DNA of 64,000 nt. It comes from Setoptus koraiensis (Eukaryota > Animalia > Arthropoda). Below are positions 47,001 to 59,100 of the stretch, one piece after another. The translations under genes and the position numbers were made by a program. The DNA lies in contig CM106585.1 in the NCBI GenBank assembly GCA_048013815.1, positions 15,066,001-15,130,000 of the forward strand. The letters run 5' to 3'. The notes beneath the pieces are model-generated. The model made no database searches. It was not told the DNA's origin and saw only the letters and a program-made list of their open reading frames with translations. Position 1 is the first letter of the stretch. Every line of letters starts with the position of its first letter.

Positions 47001-49441
47001 TCCGCTGGCCAGCGAGGCGCCCAGCCCGCTTCCGGTCAATCGGTGCGTGGGCAATTTCGGGCTGCCGCCGCTGCTCGATTGGCGCAATTGATCTATGATG
47101 CTCGACAAGCGACGCCTAGTGGACGTGTCACGTTTGGACGCCTTGGCGGCCGCCTCAAGGTCGCCGTCTCTGGCTTGCCGAAACTGTTTCGCGCTCGACG
47201 TTTTGCGCTGCTCGCAACAATCGTTGTCGGCCGCCAGGGGGCGAGCTTTTCCCACTGTTTGCGGCTGTCGTTGTTGTTGTTGTTGCAACAATATCATTTC
47301 TTGCTCGTTGGCTATCTCCACCATTGCGTCACTGGCCGCGTTTGAATTGTCCAGGTCAATGTGAGTGGCGCCCCTGTGATGGTGACGACGAAACGATCTT
47401 TTGATCAGATCGACAAGCGACTTGCGTTGCTGCTGCCGAACCGGAATTGATTTCGAGTTGTTGTCGCTAGAGGGCGAGGACAGGGATAAATTGCTCGGTT
47501 CGCTGTACATAGATTCACACTCGGATAGTGTGCCCGACGACATGTGTCTATGAGTGGATGAGCGGATAGATTGCAACGATTGGTCGGACGACGACGACGA
47601 CGACGACGACGTGAAACTGTCATTTGCATGCCCGTCACCTGACAGCCAAGAACTCTGGCTGTTGTGCAACAGACACAGATCGCTATCGTCGCTAATTATA
47701 TCGTGCTGCTGCTGATGGGTGCCGCCGCCGCCTAAAGGTACGGCTGCACACGATTGTGCCACACCACCGATTACAGCTTGACCGGAAGTTGCATAATTGC
47801 CGCCCGAAGTCGCGAAATTTCCACCGGAAGTCGCGAAATTGCCGCCCGAAGTTGCGTATGAGCGCCGCAAAGATATTTGTGCGCTGTCATCGGGGTTCAA
47901 GCCGTTATTTAAATGGCCGTTGCTTGCATAAATGGTCGAGTCTATGTTGTCTATGAGCGACCAGCTGACCAGTTGTTGTCTGATCAGCTCGTTGCGGCAG
48001 GCTCGTTTGTTGGCGCTGTGCGACTGGGGCACGGCCCTGCGCCTGCCGTGGGTCCGCTTGACAGTTGAGCCGCTCACCTGGTCACCGTTGTTGTCGCCTA
48101 TATTCTGTGCCTGCTTCTGTTTGTTGTGTGCCGCCGATTGTTTGTCGCGCCTCTTGTTCCTCCTCCTGTGCCGCCTGTGATCATCTGCTGACTGCTCAAT
48201 TATCCCATTAACCGACCGGCCCGTCACAATGTGCGACCGCTCTATCGCATTATCCGCGCCCTCCACTCTAGCGCCCTCTACTCTAACGCTCTCCACTCTA
48301 ACGCCCTCTACAATAGCCCCCACTCTTATATCTTGTGCAATATCGCCCGCAATATTGTCCGGCCGCTCAACGCAAACAACGGCCAGGTGAGCTGATTGGA
48401 TTTGGGGCGCCTCGTTGCCGGTTTGCAGCAATTTTGTTGCAGCGAGTGCACCGCTGGCTGCAGTGCACCAGTCGGCCGCCGTCATACGTGATTTGTCGTT
48501 GTCATTTTTTTCCCCTTGCGACAAACAACTGCGACTGCAAGTGTCTCCATTGTTGTTGTTTGCGTCGGCGGTCGATTTAATGCAGCCGATTGCGTCATCA
48601 CTGATGGCCTCTTCATCTGTGATTTTTGCTGGCCGCTGATATTGCTGATATTGGCCGCTGGCGCTCAGGCTGCTGTCATCGCGATCCACGAGCGGCCCCA
48701 CGTCAGCTGACGGCCGACTCATGGTGGCCGGCCAGCCAGAAAGTATGACGGTGTCGGTGATAGTTTCATTAGTTTCGTTTTCATTGGCGTGTCCGTTAGT
48801 GTCGCCGTGAAGTCGTGTCAGACGACGATGACGAGTTTCCTTTTGTGCCGGCTCGCAATTGGCTGCTTTTGTCACAATGTTGTTGCCATTGTCACAAGTG
48901 CAACAATAATTCCGTTGCCGGCAACTAGTCGACCCTCCGTTGGACCGTAAACAACAACAACAAGCGATAGATTGTCGCAAATCAATTTCACAATTTCGCA
49001 ACTCGTCGTCGTCGCAGCTCGTCTTGTTGATGCAGTTGTTGTTGTTGTTGTTGTCGTTGTTGTTGTTGTTGTCGTTGTTGCTGTTGCTGTCGTTGTTGCT
49101 GTCGCCGATTTGGTCTATTTTACGGTGTTGCGCACACGAGTGGTCGCTGAGACGAGCAAATCCATTTAGGCAATCATGGGCGACACTAGTCACCTTTAGT
49201 TTTTCGCTGACTTGTGCACCCCGCTCCCACTTGATCGATTCCAATTCGAGCTGCCGCTGTTGGGCCCTCTTAAATTCAACGAATTCTTTCTGTTCACGTA
49301 AGAAGCTCGCCAATTTTATCCGATCCAGCTCAATGTATGTGCGCGTTTGGCCGCTTGCTTGGCTGGCGCTGGCCCGGCTTGGCGCGCCGTGCGGCGGCGG
49401 GGCCTCCTCGCAGGAAATAAATCGAATCTGCAGCGGGCAAA
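44072..49441 (-). CDS. Giant 5,370-nt exon (1,790 codons, low-complexity and probably disordered); symmetric phase 1; predicted cassette exon of PKA-C
   Basis: Lies within the 1,851-aa stop-free ORF. Acceptor tcctgtcgtcatccacttacag|TT at 49441 and donor GAC T|GTGAGT at 44072, both phase 1. Coding status is well supported. The link to PKA-C is inferred. Confidence 0.7.
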
Positions 49442-49593
49442 CTGTAAGTGGATGACGACAGGATATGGACACACGATATGGATACACAAGGCAGGCGATT
49501 TAGAGATGTACGCAATGCAAACGATACACACACAGAGATGAAGAGATCAAACGGGCATAAAACAATTGGATAATCCCGTGTGCGGGCGCTTAC

Positions 49594-49651
49594 CTGGCTC
49601 GTCGTGATCGCGCCGCTTTCGCCTCTTAAATATCTGGCCTATTTTGGGCAT
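49594..49651 (-). CDS. Distal first coding exon MPKIGQIFKRRKRRDHDEP (phase-1 donor); predicted alternative PKA-C N-terminus
   Basis: ATG at 49651 with an in-frame TAG upstream. Consensus donor CCAG|GTAAGC and an upstream acceptor ctacag| at 49683. In frame with both the giant exon and PKA-C exon 2. Confidence 0.65.
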
Positions 49652-52600
49652 GTTGGCCAACTGGGCCACTGGGCACTATCTGTCTGTAGTGGTATCAATT
49701 ATATCAATATTATTGTTGTATCAATTATATATTCGGTGTATAGTGTGTGGGTGTGTGTGTTGGTTAAGTCTGAGCCAGATGTCAGTTGCAACAAACCGCA
49801 CTCCTTGGCTCGCTTGCCTGTGGATGCTGATCAACGATAGATGATGGTAATAAACGCGACTTCCGGTTAGTATTATTACTTGTTCAGTCGTTCAGTATTG
49901 TTGATTTCCCGTGTGTCGCTTTAATGTGGGGTGTATGGATTGTAAGCTGTAAGCCGGGGTTATAGTTACACAATCGGTTAATTATAATTTATTGTTTATT
50001 AATTACAAGTGTGTGCATGGATCGTATAGTAAATGGCCACTAATGGCGCTTCACAATAACGCCAATCAACGTGGTTACAACAATTGTCAACAACAGTGTT
50101 GTTTTTTCGCCTAGCACACAGACAATGGCAGCCACACAGAGGATATGCTAATCGAGCATTGTGAGCAAAGTCGAGCATTCGAAAGCGACCACCACAAAAC
50201 GAAACCACAAATCAGTGACTGCCATCTGAAGAGCCAACCACAACCACAACAACCGCAACAACCACAACAACCACAACAACCACAACAACAGCAACAACAA
50301 CAACGCAACAACCTCGAACAGCAACGGCAGCCGATCGATCGTTGGCGAGATAAGGAAAGCATGATTTGTTACAAATTGTTTGTGGGTTTGTTTGTCGATC
50401 AACTCGCACACTGTGTGCCACCCATCAGCGGACCATCGCACTAACAGATCGTTTGTTGCGAGTCGTCGTCATTTGTTGTAACAACAAAAATCGTTTGTTA
50501 CAAACAACAACAACAATGGCAAACGATCCAGGTAACTCGGGCAAAATCTAGGTTGTCGTGCGCACATTGTATAATATACTATTGCCTGTGATATAACCTG
50601 TGATATTACCTGTCGACACTGTCGACACTGGACTGAATTAAACAGTTTATCATAATCACCATCGGTTATACAATCAATAGTGACAATTCATCATCGTGTG
50701 GCCCACTAACCTTGCTCGTACATGATGTGTTAATTAGATTAATTGTTTCTTTTTATTATCGTTTGTGTTTGTTTTTGTCGACAGACACTGCTTCAATTAT
50801 TTTCTTTCTCTCTCACTTGGCGGTGCCAACTTATTGTCACGGCGCCAACTTATTGTCACAATGCCAAGCGGTATGAAATTCATGCCGACGGAGACACAGA
50901 ACAACAAATCACGCTGTCATGTATTAATGTTGCGATTGTTATGCAATTCGGTTATATCATTTCGGTTGGACATATCATTGGATATACATCGCGCTTGCAA
51001 TTTAGTGGCACCCAATTGTAACTGGCTCATGTATCGCGATAACGAGCGATAACTGACTTGCGAGCAAGTGCACAAGCGGCGCTAAAGATCTGCTCGGCGA
51101 AGCCTTGGCTCGTTCCGTTGGCTTCGTCGTCCGATCGACCGGCTTCGATCGGCCCACTCGATCGGCCGGCAGCGCAACCGGCAATCGGATATTGGCCGCC
51201 ATTGATCGGTGTCGTAACCCGATTCCTGTGAAGCAACAACAACAACATTGTTGTCTCGCTGGCTCGAATCTGTTGGCCCAGACAGCGCGCAAGTGCTTTT
51301 AATCAACTGACAGTCAGTTGCAATTTATCTCATTATCTCATTATCTTATTAACGTTATCGCCATCTCGCATCGTGGCGTCATCATTGTCAGCGTGGTTAC
51401 ATCGTCAATTGACAGCCGCTAGATAGGCCCATTACATTACACGTTACACATTACATTACATAACAACATGGGCCAATCTCTGCTACTTTGGCAGCCAACT
51501 TGTCATTGTCTATTGTACATAACATACATTGTCAATGTTTAAATGTCGCCAAGCTGATAGATGGATTAAACATGCGGCGGCCTTGTTCGTGCGATATGCA
51601 ATTGGGGCGACACTGTACCATTGCAACACTATACTCTAAAACTCTAGTACATACTCCTAAACAGTGTATAAAGTGAGCGACAACACATATGCGCCTGACA
51701 TCTACGACACTGCAGTTGCGTATAATTAGATACTGCGTATAATTATAACTGGTGAAAGTAGTTGCATATAAAACTTGGCGCCTTCTTTTTTTTTAATTAC
51801 AAGCTGGCACACAAATGTAAGCCGATTGTTGCATAATCGGCACTTCCATTTACAGCTACTACTCGACACGCTGCACGCCCTATAGCGACGCGCTGAAATA
51901 TGCGCCCGTTTGTGGGAGCCACTTACAAACTTGTTAGGCTGAAATACTGATAGGCTCATACTGATGCATATTGCAGATGCTCGGTCTAGTCTAGTTTTTT
52001 GTTTTTTCGCTTTAAATTTAAAGCCAAATTTAGCCAGCGGACACTTTGGCTCGCATTGAGATTCAAATCAACAACAAATTATCATTAACAACTCTGCAGG
52101 CAGCTTTGCCGTTCACCCACTGCCGATAGAACAGAAAAACACAAATTAGTGACCCTAAATTGACACCTGAATTGGTTGTCGTTGTTGTCACGAACTCTCT
52201 AAATACGAGCGCATTTTTCGGCCTCTCTAATCGCAATTTGTCTCGCCGGACCCTAATAAATGTTCATTGTGAATATCCAGCACAATTATCAGGCAAACGC
52301 TATTTAGGAATGCTATTTGTGCGCAGTCGTACACCACCAAGGTCCAATATGAGGCCAGTAATTGCGAATGCTGCTCAATGCTTTACTTTAACATAATCGT
52401 CATATATAACGGTAAGGGTAGGCATCTCATTGGGTCATGCAATTAATAGATAAGCGATCCTCTGAGTTAGATACTTTGCACCTTCATGAGCAATAAATCT
52501 AAGCATTCTAACTTGCTTCCACTTGTTGATAGAATGACAATTTGAACTATTGTTGGCTTGATAAACATAGTAACAATTTATTTATCTCTCTACATATATC

Positions 52601-52830
52601 ACAATAACAATACGTAAGCTATGATTCTATTCACTGTTATATCGGTATGTCAGATTGGACCGATTGTGGCCTACCTCGAAATAAAATAATTTACTAAGTT
52701 AGTTTTCTTCTTGTTATACTCTATTAGTTCTAATATATTCTTTTTGCAACAAGAATACATGGATACATGTATATATATATCTATCGGCTAATATTTATCA
52801 CATAACATTAACAAAATGAAATTTTTTTTT

Positions 52831-55800
52831 CTAAAAAATATCTGGACACCTTGACCAATCTGCCTTCTCCTTGCATTGCCAATATTCGTCTGTATACTTA
52901 TGTACTGTCTTCTTCGTTATAGGATCTAATTTCTTTTCAAACCAGAAGGGACCATCTAGCGGCGAGGGAACTGTGCCACTTCTGGTTGAATTATCCGACT
53001 CGGGTGTCGATTCGTTAACCGCGCGCAAAGACGAAGAGTTAGAGCTTTCTTTCATAATTGTTTTATCACTATTGTTCTTTGAAATTTCTGCTGCCTCACG
53101 AATTCTTCTGGAAGATCGTTGTTTCTCCTCTAGCTGACATTTAGTTCTATTGGAATCATCCCATTTGCCTATTTCCATCAGCCTTTGATCTGGCCTCAAT
53201 CTGCTGTCAGTGGGTGCTACATTGTCCTCAAGTTCGTTCAGTTGTACTGCAAATTTGGTCATATTGTACATTTTTTCGTACTCCGGCCCGGGATAACGAC
53301 GTTGCCACAATATCTTAGAATCTGCAGTTTGCACTGTTTGTCCACCATTTTTATCAAGGATGGTTTTGGTTACTTTAGAAAATTTCATCTCATGGTCCCA
53401 TGTGCCATCAATCAACCATTGAGGTTTATCGTTTCTATCAAAAACGAATCCCGACACTTTTTTGGGAATATCTCGAGAGAAGTAACTGTAAGGCAGGAAT
53501 TTGAGTTTACATTTATCGCCTGTGGTATGATTCGTGATGACCATTTCGCCCTCATGATCGACCCTGTTTAGATGGATGAAAAGTGTAGAAAAAATAGATA
53601 ATTGAGATATATAGTGATGCGATTTGCGATAATGATGATGTCGATCGATGATTCGATCTACTTTTGAATTACTCACCATAATTTTCCAACAATGATATTA
53701 TGAACACAAGTATCAACTTTTTTCCACACGTATATATTTTTGCCGATCTCAAGACAGTTGTAATCTTGGGGAGTGACCTGGAGATATTTGCCTCTGAATT
53801 TTGAACTCATGCCGAACTCCCTCCAGCTAACCCAACCCTGTCCCTGACAATGAGAAGCCATCATAGGTGGATGATGACTAACCTGTTCATTGATGCATTT
53901 CCATCCTAGATCGTCCATTCTGTCGCATTCATAAGTTTCGCCAAGCAATGGGTTAAATGGTTTTCCTGTTCTATTGCTAGTGGTTGAATACGATGATACA
54001 GCAAATATGGCCACATATACCATTTGTTCCAACGGGTCTGTAAGTTTCGCTGCTGGATGTAACAATTCATTTGCATATTCATAATCCTCTGTGAGACGCT
54101 GGAGCATCGACAGGGGTTCATTGAAATTAACAGGTATCGGTATCTTGGTCAGCTCCTTCCCCATACAATTCTTTAATATTGACCAGAGGTTGAGACTTTG
54201 ATTTAATCTGTCGGGTATGGTGGTTCTTCGCTTCCTTTGAATGACTGTTTCATTCGCACTAGTAACCTTAGAAATCGTTTTACTATTTGTAGCCGGCTCA
54301 TTATTATTGAGATGTAATTTTTCAGTAGAGTATATATTTCTATCTTGCATATTGTCTATTGATTTAACAGAACTCAAAGATGAGAAGTTATCACCTTGAT
54401 ACTCATTTGTTCTGCTAGCCGGTTCAGCTACTGTAATATCCGATGTGTTCCGGTTGTTGCCTAACAGAGGCATATGCTTGCCAATAGTTTTCAAATGAGA
54501 GCCACAATTTAATGTGTCAGTGTCAGCACCGTTGTTATCAATAACATCATCAGATAATCTAGATTCTAAACTCCTTGATTTTGAGCGCATGCAAGCAGAA
54601 AGTTTTCTGCCTATCTGATTGTCGTTAGGTGATTGTATCCGAGTTGATCCGCCAGGGGAAGAGATAAAGCGGATACCATCTTGATTGGAGGTTGTATTGT
54701 TTGTGGCCTCCTGCTGACTGCCCTCTTCAGCATCAAAAAACTCTTCCTCATACTCTGATTGTTGCCTAGCTAACTGTTCAACGAGATCCTCTAATTTCAG
54801 CCTATTACTCTGTTCTCTCACAATTGATTTTTTCCATTTTTTCTGGTGCTCCTCAGCCGTCTCCACATAGATGGAGCTGATGTTGGTAAGACTACTTAGA
54901 GATTCTTGAACCCTTGCGGCATTCTCAAGAATTTTGGAGTATATTTTTTGTTGATCCTTTGGAATATTCGTGGAAGATAATCTTGCATGATCTAAAGTTT
55001 CGACTGCCTTGCTAAATGGTGCTGCGGGCTCACTGCTGAGTCGATCGTCGCCTTGAGGTTCCTTAGTGTTTGTCGCTTTTATATCATCCATTACATGATG
55101 ATTATACAATGGAATCAGAGAATTAGCAAACTTCGAAATGCTTTCATTGAAAATTGCAGCTTGCTGCTTGAGATTCACAAGTTTCTTTGAAAGATCTTTG
55201 GTGCTTATCTCTATCACATCGTGAATGGGCGAGATTTTGTTTGAATACATTTCGTCCTCATCCTCCGAGTTAGTTTCAAGAGCTGATTCTAGTTCAGTTG
55301 GCGATTGAGCGCGGTTACTAGCACTAGATTGCAAACGAGCAGTGTTTGCAATTTGTTGACTGTTGCTGAGATTGCTTTCTTCGCTCGATTGTTGACGCAC
55401 TTGATTCTTTGAGTGCTTACCACTGTTATTGCTATTATTGATGGTCGTTCTAAATTTATCCCTGTTTGTACAATCATTGGGAGTGTTTCGCCAATCCTTA
55501 GTAAAAGTGTGTGAATTATCCGAGTGCGTAGTTTGGTTGGAAATATTTGTTCCGTAACGATTGTTATTATTGGGGGTCCTATTATTTGGATATTGTCTGG
55601 ATTTCGCCAATTCCAGCATCATGATCCAACGCTGACGCTCGATCTCATTGCTGGCCCTTAAATGGTAGGCTTGATTACCATGACTGATGACAAAATTGTT
55701 GCCCTCTTCAGCTTGGATGCAAGCGTCTATCAAGCTAATTGTGCCGCGACAAGTGAGACCGGTTTCGCTGGGACTCCTGAAGTAAGACAAAGAGTTTTGT

Positions 55801-56198
55801 TTCAACACAAACCATCTTTTTTGATACAACTTGATGTAATTGGTCCACTTGAAGAGCCATCCCTCTAATTGGGGTGCGGAGTAGCTCGAGCCGGTGCTGG
55901 CGCTCCTGTGTTTGAGTGCTCCAGTGTGGGGAGTCGAATTAGAGAGCGGTTTAATTTGCTTGCTGCTGATTTTTGTTGTATCTTGCGACAAATGCTCATT
56001 CTCACTAATTATAGCATCGTTGCCAGTGACAATATTGTTGTCGGTTGTGCTACTCTGATCTGTTAGTTTGAGTTTGGCCTGATCCGGTTGGTCGGCACGA
56101 TGGGCAACAGCGAGCATTGTTGTTTCCTCGCCATCAACAACACTGACTGTGTTTGACCTGTTTGATAGGGGTCGCTGAGTTCGCCATCCATTATCCAT
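52831..56198 (-). CDS. OSBP: Oxysterol-binding protein. Exons 56198-53677 and 53563-52831; 1,084 aa
   Basis: PH domain (LEGWLFKWTNY..YQKRWFVL), FFAT motif EEEFFDAEE, and ORD motifs FNEPLSMLQR, KPFNPLLGETYE and EQVSHHPP. A 113-nt phase-2 intron restores GKLWVDHEG. Confidence 0.96.
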
Positions 56199-59100
56199 TT
56201 TGGGGCCCACTGTGGTTTGTCTCAATGCATTTAACACTGACGATGTAACTGGCTAAGGACTGCGTGTCGGTTGTGATAGGATAATATTGTGTGTTGTGTG
56301 ATTGGTGCAACTAAGAGGGTTCGGCTTTTTAAAATGCTGACTTTGAATACTGCGTGTGATGATAAGAAGACTAGATAGTAATAATAATACTAGTAATAGT
56401 AATAATGAGCGTAAATCAAGCGAGCTGACACAGGATAAATGTGTGACAATAATGGCGCTGCTAATGTTAATACCGACAACAATTATACAGATGTAAATGC
56501 TGACAAATAGATGGCACACAAACGATACAGAATCTCATCTTTGGCGATGGCCGTAGGTGTAAATAAACAACAAATGCGTCATGCAAAGTTTCCCTCTCGA
56601 CATGCCAGTGCTTTATTGCAACAGTAATTGTAGTCGATAAATATTTGTTTGTCGTTGTGATAATGATAATAATAATAATAGTAATAATTGTTGGAATGAT
56701 GACATGTCGGCATGTCTTGTGACTATCTGTATTTAGCTGTCAATCTGTATTGAAAAATAACAGTACAGCTTGCACATATGATTTTGGTAAGGTGGCTGCG
56801 CAACACGATCTCGCACAGACGACGATCTGTGAGCATGTTGCACAAGCTCACAGCTCGCCACTGGCGCCAAATCCAAACGTTGTTGCGTCAACAAATTGGC
56901 TTCGGGCCATTTTTCAATACGACAGCTAGGCTATCAATATGCGAGTTTTGCCAATTGATACGGGCTACTACTATATTATAAATCTAAACTAAATTACATG
57001 TATCTGATATGTAATCTACCGATGCACAAGCGAGCCTCAGCTTTATCAATTGTGACATTGGTCGGACGCTGCTATTTGCTCAGCATGTCGAAAGAACAGG
57101 AAGGCACAAGATCAAAACTTACATCTTCGGCATCACTGGTCTGTCAACATCTCGCGATCCCAAGCATGTATTGCGAGTCAAATTGACGAAAATGACAAAC
57201 AAGATAGATCGCCAGAGACCACAGCAAGACGAGGTAGAGGCCGGCTTGTGTGGTTCATTGTGATAGGGGTCGCCGATGGCGGGCGAAAAAATGAAAAATT
57301 GACTTTTAGTTGTAGCTGACCCGACTGCCAGTTGGCCTGACAAGTTGTGAGCTACTACGTTAGCCGAAAGTATTGATTGATAAAAGTATTCTGCCGAGTC
57401 TGCTGAGGCACAAACGTTGCAAAGTTACTGTTTCGGCTGCAGAAGCTCCTAATTACTACACTAGTGTATTAACATGAAGATAGGACGATTGCGGCATCCC
57501 AATCAACTCATTTTTGCCAATCACTCGCGTCATCACACTTACAACTGACCCTAAAGACATATATCAAAGGCCAATGCTATGGGCAGATTACACGTCACAA
57601 TTTTACGTCAGGTAGCCAAAATATGCTTTGCGTTTGAAGCAATGTGTCTCGACTGCCACTTGACTCACACTATGGCTAATCCAATGATTGTTTGAAGCTA
57701 ACAAACGATTTGTTCAAGTAGCACCATTTTGAGTCAACATTTTTTAGCGTGCGAAAATCCAATCACTGTCAGTGCAATTGAAAGTAATTAGTTGCACTGA
57801 TGGCCCTGAACCTGACGATCTGTAAGTCTATTGGACGTATCGGAAGAATGTGAGATATTAGGGACGAGCTTGCAAAATAGCAAAACAACATTGGGCTGCT
57901 TAAAATGTGATTGCGATCTGACATTGTGAGATATAGTTATAATCGGCCATCAAACTGACGGACATAATTGTGTGTTATCGCTCGAACGACACATTTTGAC
58001 AACTTGTTGCTGATTATTCATCATGTGACGTCATCGATTATAATATTAATAATAATAATTATTGATAACTCTGTCATGTAATAATATCTGTACACACGTA
58101 TATGAGAATATATGAGAATACAAACACTGATTAGCAATAACAAGTTTGTATGCTGTTAAAAAAGGGCCAACAGTGAGCTCATTTGTTTGATTGGACATTA
58201 GATAAGATACGATGTGCTGATGAAATAGTTAAATCATAATGGTAACCATCATCATCACCATCTAAATCGATCACTCATTGGCTATCAGTGGCTCAATGGT
58301 GGCATGGTCATCGGTGATGGAGTGGCCACATGAGACATTTACATAATACATAATAGTATCACTATTGATCAAATGGAGAGATATGCTGAACACTAGTAGT
58401 GGCAATGTAAAGATTTGTGTACAAATGAGAGAGCCATCATGACGACCAGAGGTCATGGTGTTTGTTTGTGTTCATTTGAAACAACAACAACAACAATTAT
58501 AAGAGCTCATTATTATTTATGATGAGTTCAATTCTAATAGAGGTCTCTATTACTATTCGCGGCCAGGGAGCGAAGGTGATGTGTGTGTTATTATTATTTG
58601 ATTGTGTTATTATGAGACTCGTTATGAGTCGTGTGAGATAAAGAGACTAACAGTGACTGATATTGATGGGGGCAGCCAGTTTATCTGGAAAGAGCATGAT
58701 CAATGTTTTGAGCAGGTAACGAAAAAGAAGAGTTGCTGTCCGGTTACAGGGGGAGACAGAGACAGAGAGGAAGAGATAATTATTGGAAGAGAGAGAGAAA
58801 GAGTCTTCTGTAAGACATGATGAGATACGATTGTTGTACAATCGATTGTTAACTGTTGAATTGTTGCGGACACACAAACAGTCTGGTCAATCTACTCGGA
58901 CAGCTACTTAGCTACTCGTCGTCGTGTGTCCAGCCAAGGCTAAGGTGAGAGTGAAAGTAAAACGACAACAACAGCATCGGACATCTCCTTTTGTATGTCT
59001 CGATTGTCGGCCCTATCGAGACCATGTCGCTCCTTGTTGGCATGTTGCCGGCTCATTTATCTCTCACACGACATTGACCACTCTCTCCCTCTGACTTTGT

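Noticed and set aside
49427-49487. ATG at 49487 or phase-0 acceptor at 49427 as the start of the giant ORF
   Set aside because: The 49427 acceptor is out of frame with the upstream exon. The 49441 acceptor has a better pyrimidine tract and is in frame, and MYPYRVSISC lies in the predicted intron. Not fully excluded.
50517-50536. Plus-strand mini-exon MANDP with donor G|GTAACT
   Set aside because: No compatible downstream plus-strand exon before the OSBP 3' end, so probably chance.
57766-57803. 14-bp hairpin with a miR-92-like arm (AGTTGCACT)
   Set aside because: The stem is too short for a pre-miRNA, the seed differs, and pairing does not extend.
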